The notes beneath the pieces are model-generated. The model was not told the DNA's origin. It saw nothing but the letters and a program-made list of their open reading frames with translations, and searched no databases. A stretch of 64,000 nucleotides of DNA, taken from positions 806,001 to 870,000 of the forward strand of contig OZ025654.1 in NCBI GenBank assembly GCA_964019335.1, written 5' to 3'. Origin of the DNA: Diplonema japonicum (lineage: Eukaryota > Protista > Euglenozoa: Diplonemea). Shown here one piece after another: positions 45,422-56,310 of this stretch. Both the position numbers and the translations under genes were made by a program. How positions within the stretch are numbered: position 1 is the stretch's first letter; each line of letters starts with the position of its first letter.

Positions 45422-46704
45422 ATGTGTGACGTAGTGGTGCGACCAGTTGAAGAGAAGGGACAGCAAAACACACAGCAGGGAGAGGACGTGGCACCACCGA
45501 AGTGTTGCGATGAGAACTCATTTGATAATGTGAGAGTCATGCGGGGCCAGATGGTATAAGTTTTTTTTCTTTTTCTAAGGGACCTGCGAGGATACGTTGC
45601 ACCTCGCGACAGGCGACCAGGACTCCCTCACGGAGAAGGCCAGAAAAAGGGGAGCACTGCTTTCCGAGTAAGTCGAGGGCGCACCCTGCTGCGTGGTTAC
45701 GACAAGAGACCACTATTCTCCTTGATCTTTCTTTATCTGGCGCTCCATGTAATGTTTCGAAGATTTCTTCGAACAGTGAGCACCCACTGTCAGTGCAGCG
45801 CCTAGTGGCCTCAGGCCAACTGGGAGACCTCGCATGCGGAGTAATAAATACTCACCCACCTGTATGTCGCCTCGTAGTGCTGAGAATAAACACTCCCTCG
45901 CGATGTCGAATCCGAAAATGGACCAGGTTTTACTCAAGATATGCTTGACCGTCATCATGGGGATCCCAAAGCTTGAGATGGATTCTTGAGCTGTGGCTGA
46001 CTGGTGCAGGTTCACCCCACAGTACCAAATTGCAAGTGCTATCATGGAGATGTTGGTGCAGGATTACCATGCACTTTTATCAAGCTCAAGTGCTGTTGAA
46101 GCAGACAGGAGCACTCTTGCTTGTGGGTGCAGGTCAGGGCGGTCAGAGATGCCTGCCTGATCGATGCAGAATGCCACTCCAAGTAGCGCATGCAAGGCCA
46201 AGCTAGAGCCCTCGTTGGTGTGCAAGTTGTTCCCAATGAGCTTGTCAGTTCTTGAGCTGCGGCTGACTGGTGCAGGTGCGTCCCACAGTACCAAATTGCA
46301 AGTGCTATCATGGAGATCCATGCACGCTGAAACTTTATCGAATGCTTTTTTCTCCATAACTCTCAAATTTTGGGGGGGAAAAAAAACACCCCCAACAGAC
46401 GTTGCGCTGCCGTAACTGCGAGAGCAAGATGCGGGCACAAATGGAAAAGGTGAGAAGCTGGAAATGCAGTGAATTCTGGACTCGAGGAGAATGCCCTCGC
46501 GGGGTGTTGTGCCACAAGCTGCACATCCACTTCAGAAAGAAAAGCTTAAAAGAAAGGGTAGATGCCCACGGGCCACAGGTCCTGGACCCTGTGCTTAAGG
46601 CGTGCCAGGCTAGCTCGGGCCTGAAAGACCCCAATCTTGTAGCGCTACTGGACCGCTTTAGCTACGGGTACGATGACAGCCCCCCTACGACACCTACAAT
46701 ATAA
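45422..46704 (+). CDS. CCCH zinc-finger protein, 145 aa, two exons (45422-45553, 46399-46704)
   Basis: ATG|GTATAAG donor and CAACAG|ACG acceptor join NSFDNVRVMRGQM to TLRCRNC in frame. C-x8-C-x5-C-x3-H (CSEFWTRGECPRGVLCHKLH). The 845-nt intron contains repeat debris. Confidence 0.8.
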
Positions 46705-47750
46705 AGGTGGTACATCTTTTCACCTGTGGAATCTTTAAAAAAAAAAAAAAAATAGCGCAAGATTTTAACCCCTGAAGAGGAAGCCCACCGAGATCGAATC
46801 GTGTCGGTTCTTCCAGAGACGAGGGCATTCTCGCACTGCATGTCTCTGCCATGTGAATGTTGTGTTTGTTTTATCAGCGTTTCTTCCTACGGGAGAGCAT
46901 TATGGGGGGGGGGAAAGAAAAAAGATTTCGTTTGCTCGCCTAACCCTTCACATTGTGTTCCCCCCCCTTTTTTTTTCCCCCTCTCCACCTCCTCCCTCCT
47001 TTAATTTCAAAAAGAATTCTCCCCACGTTTCACGAAGTTCTGTTTGGTAAGGGGGCCAAAAAAACGCACCGCAAAAAAAAAAAAAAAAGAGAAAAAAAAA
47101 AAAGAAGAAAAAAAAAAAAGGCTTTTTTTTTTGTGTTTTAACAAAATTACTGTCGAGACTAAAAAAAAAAACTAGTTGTTGGCAGCGTAATGAGCTATTT
47201 TATTAGGTAAAATTCCGTTTGTGCAACGGTGAAGTAACAGGGGCCAAATTTTGCCTATGTTATCTCGAGGTTGCCGTAAAGTCATTAATGTACCCATCAA
47301 TATATATATATATATATATATTGATGGGCACAGTACAACGGGGTCAGGTTAAAGTTAGAGCATACTAGGGGCTACGATATCTCGGTAACTCCCCCCCCCT
47401 TTTTTTTTACCCCGTCCAAATTTTGGCCCAAATCATGATGCAGAGCTGCAGAGCCTTTGAAGGCCCTCTCTTACAATCGCACCTGTGCGTCGGGCAGAAC
47501 ACACTTATACATACTTGGTGATAATCAGGCATTCAGTGCCGGATAAAAAATGTCTCCATCGCTTTCATTGTAATTATATAAACTTCATTTCACTTAATAA
47601 GCGCTTTTGCTTAATATCCCTTAAAAATCCCTCAAAATCCTTCTTTTTTTTTCTTCTTCATCTTCCTCTCTTTTTCTTCTTCTTCCGGGAGTAGGTTCCT
47701 TTCGCGATGTGCAGCGTTGGTTTATGTATGTTCCCAGCGCTCAAGAGAAA

Positions 47751-47795
<45 letters not shown>

Positions 47796-47852
47796 CTTAT
47801 TTGTTTCAGGCGCGATCCTTTTTTTTTTTTTTTTTTTTTAAACATCGCACCC

Positions 47853-48166
47853 CATAGACCGAAGTCATTATGAGTCATAGGCCGATTGCCAAAAAATATT
47901 GTCTACAATCGGCCAATTGGAGTCATTTTATAGGCCGATTGCAGGGTCTGGATGGAAACAGGGCAAAAATCATCATGAAAAAAGCATCTCAAGGAAAATA
48001 CACAGTTCATAAAACTCCCTGTCCATCTTTTGATGGACTGCGGAGTGCTGGGGCGCTTGAGCTCCTTTGCGAGGAAGCAAGCGAGCTGGCCCCTCCTCTT
48101 TCACAAGATGCGAGAAAACGTAGGCCGATTATGATTTATAATGACGCATTATGACTTCGATCTATG
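47853..48166. mobile_element. MITE with ~26-bp TIRs (CATAG termini)
   Basis: CATAGACCGAAGTCATTATGAGTCAT / ATGACGCATTATGACTTCGATCTATG; internal TAGGCCGATT repeats; no clear TSD. Confidence 0.65.
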
Positions 48167-48171
48167 ACTTC

Positions 48172-48202
<31 letters not shown>

Positions 48203-48411
48203 AACACAAAAAGATGAAAGCACACACCGTAATTCTCCCCCTTTGTATCCTCTTTTGTTTTGTTTTTGTTTTATTATTTTATTTTATACAAGGGGGCGTC
48301 TCACAACGACTTCCTTTAACTCATATATTTTATCTTATTTCAGGCACGGGGGGTTTTTTTTTCTTTTTTTTTTTTTTTTCTTTTTTTGCTTGAACAAGAA
48401 AAACAATATAT

Positions 48412-49427
48412 GAGCTCGTTCGGACGAAAATGTCAACACTTTTTTGGGCACCTCCGAAAATTTCTTGTTTTGATTATTTGAGCAAAAAAAGGGCAGCATG
48501 CAACCATAGGAAGATGACATACATGGTGTACCTGTTGCCGTTCTTTCAATTGCGATGCTTGTTTTGCCATGAGGGTGGCAGGCTTTGCAACCGGCTGCCC
48601 CCGGGAAGCGAAAAATAGAGCTCAGAAAAACGGCGAAAAATGTTTAAAATGCAATTAATACAGCATCTAGGGTGCATAAAATTGGTGATCAAGCGCACTT
48701 GTGACCCCTGGGTACAACCCAGGGTCGGGTTACTGTTAAAAGTACTTAGCGAAAAATATATGGCGCCGCATAGCCCCCGAAAATCCGGTTTTTTACACCC
48801 TATTTTTTGGCTTTTTCAAGGGGTTCCTAAGGGATTTTGGCCTTTTTCAGAAAAACCAATTCTTAACACTTGCCTGCTCATGCAGAGCTTCGACATTGGT
48901 ATCTTTGGGGTCAAACTTTCATTCCTACCCATCTGCTGAGGTTTTTCCTTTTCTTTTGCACTCATAATACTTTAAAAGTGAAAATTTTGCTTTTTTAAGG
49001 GGTTTTAAAGGGATTTTAGCCTTAAATAGGCCAAAATGGCACTTTAAGGGTAAGTTCTCCCCACCCCATTTTAATAGTGATTTAGAGTCCAGCCCACCCA
49101 AAATGACCCCAAAGGTTTCACAGATTTTCAATCTGCGTCCATTCCTCCTGTCACTTTTCACGGAAAACGAAAATAAAAAATGGAGTCTGGGTTATTTGTA
49201 ACTTCCAAATTGAATTGTTTGCCAAAAACCATTCTAAAAAACATGTTTTTGCACGTGCGTTTTAAAAATAAAACAAACAGCGAGCATTTTGACCTATATG
49301 GTGATCAAGCTTAGACTGCATTTCTGCACACAAAGTGGTGTCGGACTACTTTTTTACTTAGAAATTTAACGGGGGTTTTCTGCCGCATAAGAGGGTCATT
49401 TGTTGACATTTCTTTCTGGACGAGTTC
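48412..49427. mobile_element. GAG..CTC non-autonomous DNA transposon with 4-bp ATAT TSD (Sola-like termini)
   Basis: ~27-bp imperfect TIRs; ATAT at 48408-48411 and 49428-49431. Inserted in repeat R3, whose uninterrupted copies (51750, 25621) show a single 4-bp site. Confidence 0.85.
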
Positions 49428-51749
49428 ATATTGATAATGAATTGTTGGTGCTAAAAAGAGTAGTGGTGGCATTGTTGGGCTTATCCTTCTACAGGTTAAT
49501 CCCTGTGCACAATCAACAATCAACCGACTCTTTTTTAATACAAAAGAAAGTTACTAGGTTACCACCGAAATTATGAGGTCCTCTCAAGTTAGTTTTTTTT
49601 TTCCTATCATTTTTTAACCCCCCTATGCTGGTAAGGAAATGCGTTTCCAAGCTTTTTTTTTTTTTTTTTTTCTTTTTTGAAAATAAGGAAACGGAAACGG
49701 AAACGTTTCCTTATTTTTGGGACCGTTTCCCAAGAAGGAATCACGTTTCTTCCTTCGCGTTTCCTTAAAGTATCTGAAAAATACGGAAACGGAAAAGCGG
49801 GGATTAGTGCACTTCTGAGCAGTTGTTGATGTTTTATTTATATTTTTTGAAAACAGTTTGGTGACATGCCCAAGCAGCCGAGGCGGGACGTTGGTCGATG
49901 ACTGCAGCAGAGATAAAGGGATTATTCGGGGGCCTTTAAAGGCTTTATTCTTTTTCTTTAGGGTGGGGACAATGGAAAGTAGACGGTGCTTTGTACAAGG
50001 CGCACCCACCAATTCTGGTTTCACGTTGGCAACGGCAACATGTTTAGGGTAACAAACAACGGTCAATTCTTTTTTTTTCTTTTTTTTTCTTCCTTCTTCC
50101 CATATTGGACCGCTGTTTTTTCTTCTTCCTTTTCTTCCCTTTCTTTTTTCCTTCTCTCGCTGTATGGTGTATTATTCTATTTTGCCTTTGAAGAATTGAT
50201 TTAGAATGCAGGTATTGAATGAGAACAAGGGGGCTCACAAAAACTTCCTTTAACTCATATATTTAAAGCGGCCAAGCTGAGGAGAAGGCCGGCAAGACCA
50301 CCAAAACGGGAGGAAACTCATAAACATATTCTTTCTTTTTTTTTTTTTTTTTGCATTTGCATATTGGGAATGTACACACTCTGTTGACCTTTGCGCAGAT
50401 GCCCGGGGCTCCGGCTGGGGTTGAGCTGCACAGTGCACACTATGGAGATTCTTGTGCAGGGCGCCGCCAACACTGGCCTCCTTTAACTCTTATATATACA
50501 ATCCCCCCTTTTTTTTCCATCTCTTCGATTTAAAAATACGCTCTTTTTTTAAGACTGAATCAAATCAGTTGCGGTTTACGGTTTTTTTTTTTTTTTTTGT
50601 TGTTTTTTTGTTGTTAGAGAACTCCTCTGAACCATCGGCCGATCACAGTCACGAGCGCGGTCTATCGGCTGTGGGCATGTGCGAGGCTGCGTGACATCAC
50701 GCTGTGGCAAGAGAAGTGGATCGACGACGCTCAGCATGGTTTCAGACCGAAGAGAGGCACGGATAGCATTCTGAGGGCGCCGCCAACACCGGCCTCCTTT
50801 AACTCTTTTTTTTATTCTTTTTATCTTCTTCACCCCAAGAACGACAACACACACGAACATTCCCCCCCTCCCCCCAGGTTCGGAAGGTCGCCCAGGCGAT
50901 AAATATAAAAATTTTGTTTAGGCTGGCTTCGAGCATTTCTAGTTTGAGGGGTCCCCTTTTTATTTATATTGTTTTGAATAAGGAAGCCTGCGACGGCCCC
51001 GAGAATGCTACTATCATATCTTGCGGCGAAATGCGGTTGCTTCTTTTTTTTTTTCCTTGGTCCGGGGGAACGAAAGAAAAAGATTGACAGTGTTCTGTAA
51101 CATAACAGCCTTCAGTTTGGTGCACTTCCTAGTCACTCCCCACCCCCTATTTTTGTGGAAGGTTTTCATGAGAAAAGGCTATTCGTTTTCTATTTTCTTT
51201 TCCCCTCTTTTCTTTAGTACACGTACGTCCATGGTAAAAAAAGAAACGGGTTCATTGGGTGGGGGGTCCCATTTCATTTAACCCTTACAAAAAAAAAAAA
51301 AAAAAAAAAAAACCATGATTTCTTTTGATTCCAAACTTTGATGTGTCGTGAAAAGTGTAATATTACCATGGATGGACTCACTCCAATAAAGTAAAGCATC
51401 CCTCCCTCCCCTTACCTATAATCAGTAAATGTGTTTTTCTTCTTTTCTTTTCTTATATTTCCACACGCTTTCAAAGAACAATGCTGTCTTTTGTTTTCCA
51501 CTTTACCGTATTTGTTCGTGATATGAACGGGGAAAAAGATTCCAAAAATTCGTATTATTTCTTTTTAGACACAAGGATGTGTTCACTGTTGGCCTCCTCG
51601 TCTGTCGTCACCGGTAATGCCCGCATGACGAACAGGCAGCAAGCTGCATTACCCGGGTCGCCCGGGCTGGGGCTCGGCCGAGGTGCGCCCCCTGTAATCA
51701 AGTAGACAGCTCTTGTGAACACTGGCCTCCTTCAACTCTTATGTTTCTT

Positions 51750-51970
51750 TTTTGCATGAACAAGAAAAACAATAAATTGATAATGAATTGTTATTGCTAA
51801 AAAGAGTAGTGGTGGCATTGTTGGGCTTATCCTTCTACAGGTTAATCCCGGCTGTGCACAAACAAAAAATGTCTGTTGCCATCCCCTTTGAAGGTGAAAA
51901 ACTCGAACTGCTTACCGCGACGGAGTACCCTCTCCACGAGGTGCACAAACAACAATCAACCGACTCTTTT
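51750..51970 (+). repeat. R3 repeat copy with an extra 87-bp segment
   Basis: Extra sequence bounded by the direct repeat GTGCACAAACAA (51854-51865, 51941-51952). Confidence 0.75.
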
Positions 51971-52734
51971 TTTAGTTTTCTTGCCCCCCCCCCCCCGAGA
52001 AAAAAGATTCCGTAATATTAGCAAAAATAAATCTTTTTTTTCCGTTTTATATACGGTACAAAACTGAGGGCGTATACCCCGCTGCACATGGCTATAAAGG
52101 GAGACCAATCTCGAACCAAACCACCCCATCCACCGCTCCTACCTGCTACGACTCCATGTAATGTTTCTCGCCCAGATGCCGTCCATCTATCGCGATTCAC
52201 AGCCCTGCACAGGCACCAGACGGTGACCGACAAGTGTGACTTTTCTTTATGAACAGGGAGCAGCCCCCCATTCACACTGAAATCGAGTTTTCTTCTTTTT
52301 TTTTTTCTTTTTCTCTCCCCTTAATTTCTATCGTGATTTGGGCGCTTTCCTGTCCGAAATGAAAGCCCACGCTTAACGGGAGGGAAGAGCCAGCGCTCCA
52401 AAGAGGGCCATAACAAAATAGGCCATCTTCCAGCGCCATGCCCGTTTTCTTATTTTTTCTTCAAAAACGGGTCATTATGCGAGTGAAAAAATGAGAAACG
52501 GGGTGTAAAAAAGAAAAGAAAAAAAGAAAGAAAAAAAAGAGAGAGAAAGAGTTTGAGCTCGTTGCGCGCAAAAATAAGGGAATGTTCTTACCTTCCCTCC
52601 CTCCGTTTTTTTTCCCCCCTTCCTTCTTCGGAGGGGGGGGGGGGGGGGGGGGCGAAACAAAAAACAAAAAAAAGAAGAAACCTGTAGATCTCTTATAATT
52701 TTATAACGCACCCAAAAAAAAAAATGAGAGGTAA

Positions 52735-52767
<33 letters not shown>

Positions 52768-53242
52768 GACACAATTTCCCCCCGAGGCTCTTTTTTTTCT
52801 TTTTTTTTCTACAGAGAAAACCAAGTAGAACTGGGCAGGAAGTGGCAAGAAGAAAGAGAAGAGACTTTGAGAAAGGCAACACAGCCTTAAAAAAAAAAAA
52901 GAAAGGCCGAGGCCCCAGAAGGGAGAAAGGGGTAGATAAGTAGAGACAAGGGGGACGTCACAAAACAGGAGCCTCCTGTATCTAATCTCTCTTATTCTCC
53001 CTCTTTTCCGGGGGGGGGGGGGACAACAATTAACAAGAGCTAACCCCCTCCCCCCATAAATAATATTTTGTCTGTTCCTCCTCCCGGAGCTTGTTCTTTC
53101 TTTCTTTCTTTGTTTTTTTCATCCTAAAAACAAACCAGCCACAGGAAGCGGGCGGGCCCCAAGGTGAGAAGCTGGGGGGGGGGGGGGGGGTAAGGCGAAG
53201 GCGGGAGGGGGGGAAAGAAGCCTTTAAAATAATATTAAAAAA

Positions 53243-55015
53243 ATGAACAAGCCGAACCTGAAACTGGACCTTAAGAGCGAGCATGACTACTACAGCGATG
53301 TGGTCCGTGTGGGCAAGGCTTCGAGTTGTATTGTCAACAGCGTTGCACGAATGAAGAGAAAGAAAAACGGGGACATCTCAAGCGTAAATAACTACAAGAT
53401 ACTTCAGCCACTCGGCTCCGGAGCTTATGGAGAAGTGTACCTTTGCAGCTCTGCCCTAAACCGCACAAGATTCTGCTGCTGCTTATCCTACGAAAATACC
53501 CCTGACCGTTATGCACTAAAAGTAGTCTCTCGAAAACAGCTGGTTCAGGCAGAGTTCGAGATCCTCACAAAAGTGCGGCACCCCAACATCGTGGAGTTGT
53601 TAGAATACATGGACGATGCATCCTGCGCCTCTGTATTCTTAGTTTTCGAAGTGCTTGATGGTGGGCCCATTGCGTCCGTTACCGAGTCGGGATATTTAAA
53701 AGGCCCTGTTTGGAAGGAAAATACATCTATACATCTTTTCTTTCAAATAGTAAACGGGCTAATGTACCTGCACCAAGAAGGCATCGTTCACAGAGACATC
53801 AAACCGGAAAATATCGTATTTAACGCGAACAGAACGCAGATTAAGATTATAGACTTTGGAGTGTCTCGGATCATCGATCAGGGCAACGATGCCAACAGAA
53901 AAACAAGAGGAACACCATTCTTCCAAGCACCGGAAACACTTCAAAGCTGTATATTTCCGGACAAGGCCGGCGACACATGGGCGCTCGGTGTTCTGTTTTA
54001 TTTCCTTCTTGTCGGGAAGGTACCCTTTGGATGCGGCTGCGCCACAAGGTTTCAACTATGGGACGAAATCCAACAAGGCGACCCGGAATATCCTATTTCA
54101 CCAGCTCCGAAAAGTTTGATTCAACAAATGCTGCAAAAGGACATCTCGAGAAGAATGACCATCCCCGCTGTGTCGGCTCATTATTGGCTTGTCCCTGCAT
54201 GGCACCAGCAGCCTTCGGAGTCGGAAAAAAAGGGGTGTCCGTTGATGCCGCCTACTCCTTTGTCAGAGTCTGTATCGTTTAGCAGCCCAGCTTCACCATT
54301 ACCGTTGTGTCAGAGTGTGAATAGTTACACGAATTGTAAATCGTCACTTAACCCACCAAAATTCTTGCACAGAGAGTCCACAGAGCTGGGTACTATATTG
54401 AGTAAGCTACAGTTAGACACACGGCTTTTAATTGTTGATGACATCCACCACGAGCGCGCGATGCTCACCCGTATGTTTGAACGGGCAGCGTTGTTGCCGG
54501 ATGACGATTCCCAAACCCTCACGGTCGGCGAGGTGGAGAGCGGGCAAGGTGCGATCCAAGCGATCATGCATGGACATGCCATTGAGAAACCGTATCACGC
54601 TGTTCTTCTAGATCTGTTCCTCCCTGACATGGACGGTTTCACTGTGGTCAACGACCTACGTCAGCTACAAGAATCGAAGGGCTTCGAATGCATCCCTGTG
54701 ATACTTATGGTTTCGGTGGAGGAGAAGCCCAGTAATTTTGAGGAATTATTATTGCTTTGCGACTTTGAGAAGCATTCCGTTTTGACCAAGCCCGTCCATC
54801 TTTCGAAGGTTAAGCAAATTTTGAACTGGCTTGGGATCGACACTAGAGACTCTGTGGAATCCGAGGAGCTCTCACGGCCGAAACACATTGCTGACGAACA
54901 GTACTTGGAAAACAGCCAACATCGGTACTCCCTTCCCCGGCCACGAAGCGTGCTGGCGCTGAGTAGTTACAGGAACAATAATATTAGCGTTGAGAACAAT
55001 ATTTCGGAGGAATAA
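53243..55015 (+). CDS. CAMKK-like Ser/Thr kinase fused to a response-regulator receiver (REC) domain (590 aa)
   Basis: Kinase motifs GSGAYG, ALK, HRDIKPEN, DFG, GTPFFQAPE. REC motifs LLIVDD, VLLDLFLPDMDGF, IPVILMVS, LTKPV. Confidence 0.92.
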   Translation: MNKPNLKLDLKSEHDYYSDVVRVGKASSCIVNSVARMKRKKNGDISSVNNYKILQPLGSGAYGEVYLCSSALNRTRFCCCLSYENTPDRYALKVVSRKQLVQAEFEILTKVRHPNIVELLEYMDDASCASVFLVFEVLDGGPIASVTESGYLKGPVWKENTSIHLFFQIVNGLMYLHQEGIVHRDIKPENIVFNANRTQIKIIDFGVSRIIDQGNDANRKTRGTPFFQAPETLQSCIFPDKAGDTWALGVLFYFLLVGKVPFGCGCATRFQLWDEIQQGDPEYPISPAPKSLIQQMLQKDISRRMTIPAVSAHYWLVPAWHQQPSESEKKGCPLMPPTPLSESVSFSSPASPLPLCQSVNSYTNCKSSLNPPKFLHRESTELGTILSKLQLDTRLLIVDDIHHERAMLTRMFERAALLPDDDSQTLTVGEVESGQGAIQAIMHGHAIEKPYHAVLLDLFLPDMDGFTVVNDLRQLQESKGFECIPVILMVSVEEKPSNFEELLLLCDFEKHSVLTKPVHLSKVKQILNWLGIDTRDSVESEELSRPKHIADEQYLENSQHRYSLPRPRSVLALSSYRNNNISVENNISEE

Positions 55016-55025
55016 CTCACCCCCT

Positions 55026-55075
<50 letters not shown>

Positions 55076-55162
55076 GGCCACCTGCCTACCTTGTCTTCCC
55101 GCCGTTGGTTTGTTTTCAGGAGATTAAAAAAAAAAAATGACTATTCACTAATATCAAACTAA

Positions 55163-55291
55163 ATAAAATCAGATGATTTTTACGTGGAATGTTTTTTTTC
55201 ACAAGTAGTTTAATTTCGCGAGCGAAGCGAGCGAGATTAAAAAAACGAGTGAAAAAGAAACATTCCGAGTAAAAATCTGGCTGATTCTTAT
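55163..55291. repeat. Long imperfect palindrome with GAGCGAAGCGAG centre (Crypton-type hairpin end)
   Basis: Arms ATAAAATCAG..GATTTTTAC..GGAATGTTT / AAACATTCC..GTAAAAATC..CTGATTCTTAT; similar to 43899-43975. Confidence 0.65.
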
Positions 55292-55296
55292 GGAAT

Positions 55297-56134
55297 GAGC
55301 TCGTCCGGATTAAAATGTCCAGTTCGAAAAAAATTTGTTTTGATTATTTGAGCAAAAAAAGGGCAGCATGCAACCATAGGAAGATGACATATATGGTGTA
55401 CCTGTTGCCGTTCTTTCAACTGCGATGCTTGTTTTGCCATGAGGGCGGCAGGCTTCGCAACCGACTGCCCGGGAGCGAAAATAGAGGTCGCTTTTTCAAG
55501 GGGTTCCTGAGGGATTTTGGCCCAACATGGCCTTGTTCAAAAAAAAACCAATTCTTAACACTTGCCTGCTCATGCAGAGCTTCGACATTGGTATCTTCAG
55601 AGCCAAACTTGCTTTCTCCACCCATCTGCTGAGGTTTTTCTTTTTTTTTCTTTTTTTTTTTTGCACTCATAAAACTTTAAAAATTAAAAAACTGCTTTTT
55701 TTAAAGGGGTTTTAAAGGGATTTTAGCCTAAATTAGGTCAAAATGGCAGTATCCCCCCCCCACCCATTTTAATAGTGGTTAAGAGTCCAGACCACCCAAA
55801 ATGACCCCAAAGGTTTCACAGGGTTTCAATCTGCGTCCATTCCTCCTGTCGCTTTTCACGGGAAAACGAAAATAAAAATGGAGTCGGGTTATTTGTAATT
55901 TCCAAACACCAAAAACCGAGAAGAAAAAAAAACCATTCTAAGAAACATGTTTTTGCACGCGCGTTTTAAAAATGAAACAAGCAGCGATCATTTTAACCTA
56001 TATGGTGATCAAGCCTAGACCGCAATTCTGCACACAAAGTGGTGTCGGACTACTTTTCTACTTAGAAATTTAACAGGGGTTTTTTTTTGCTACCTAAGAG
56101 GGGCATTTGTGGGCATTCTTTTCCGGACGAGCTC
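55297..56134. mobile_element. GAG..CTC non-autonomous DNA transposon copy
   Basis: GAGCTCGTCCGGA ... TCCGGACGAGCTC|ATAT; collinear with 48412-49427 with internal deletions. Confidence 0.85.
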
Positions 56135-56310
56135 ATATTTTATTTAATTTTGTAAAGTTAAATGAGGGAAATTCGGACACCAAGAAAACTGAAGAAAACT
56201 GCTGCAACGGCTAAATCTTCTCATTGACCACGGTGTCGATTCAAAAAAATGAAGACAAATACTGAAAAACCCCAGATTTATTGCATTTACGGCACGTTCT
56301 TAAGCCAAAT

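Noticed and set aside
45800-46340. Minus-strand ORFs inside the zinc-finger intron (possible OB-fold remnant LHDSTCNLVLWD)
   Set aside because: Fragmentary and frameshifted; too little signal to assign.
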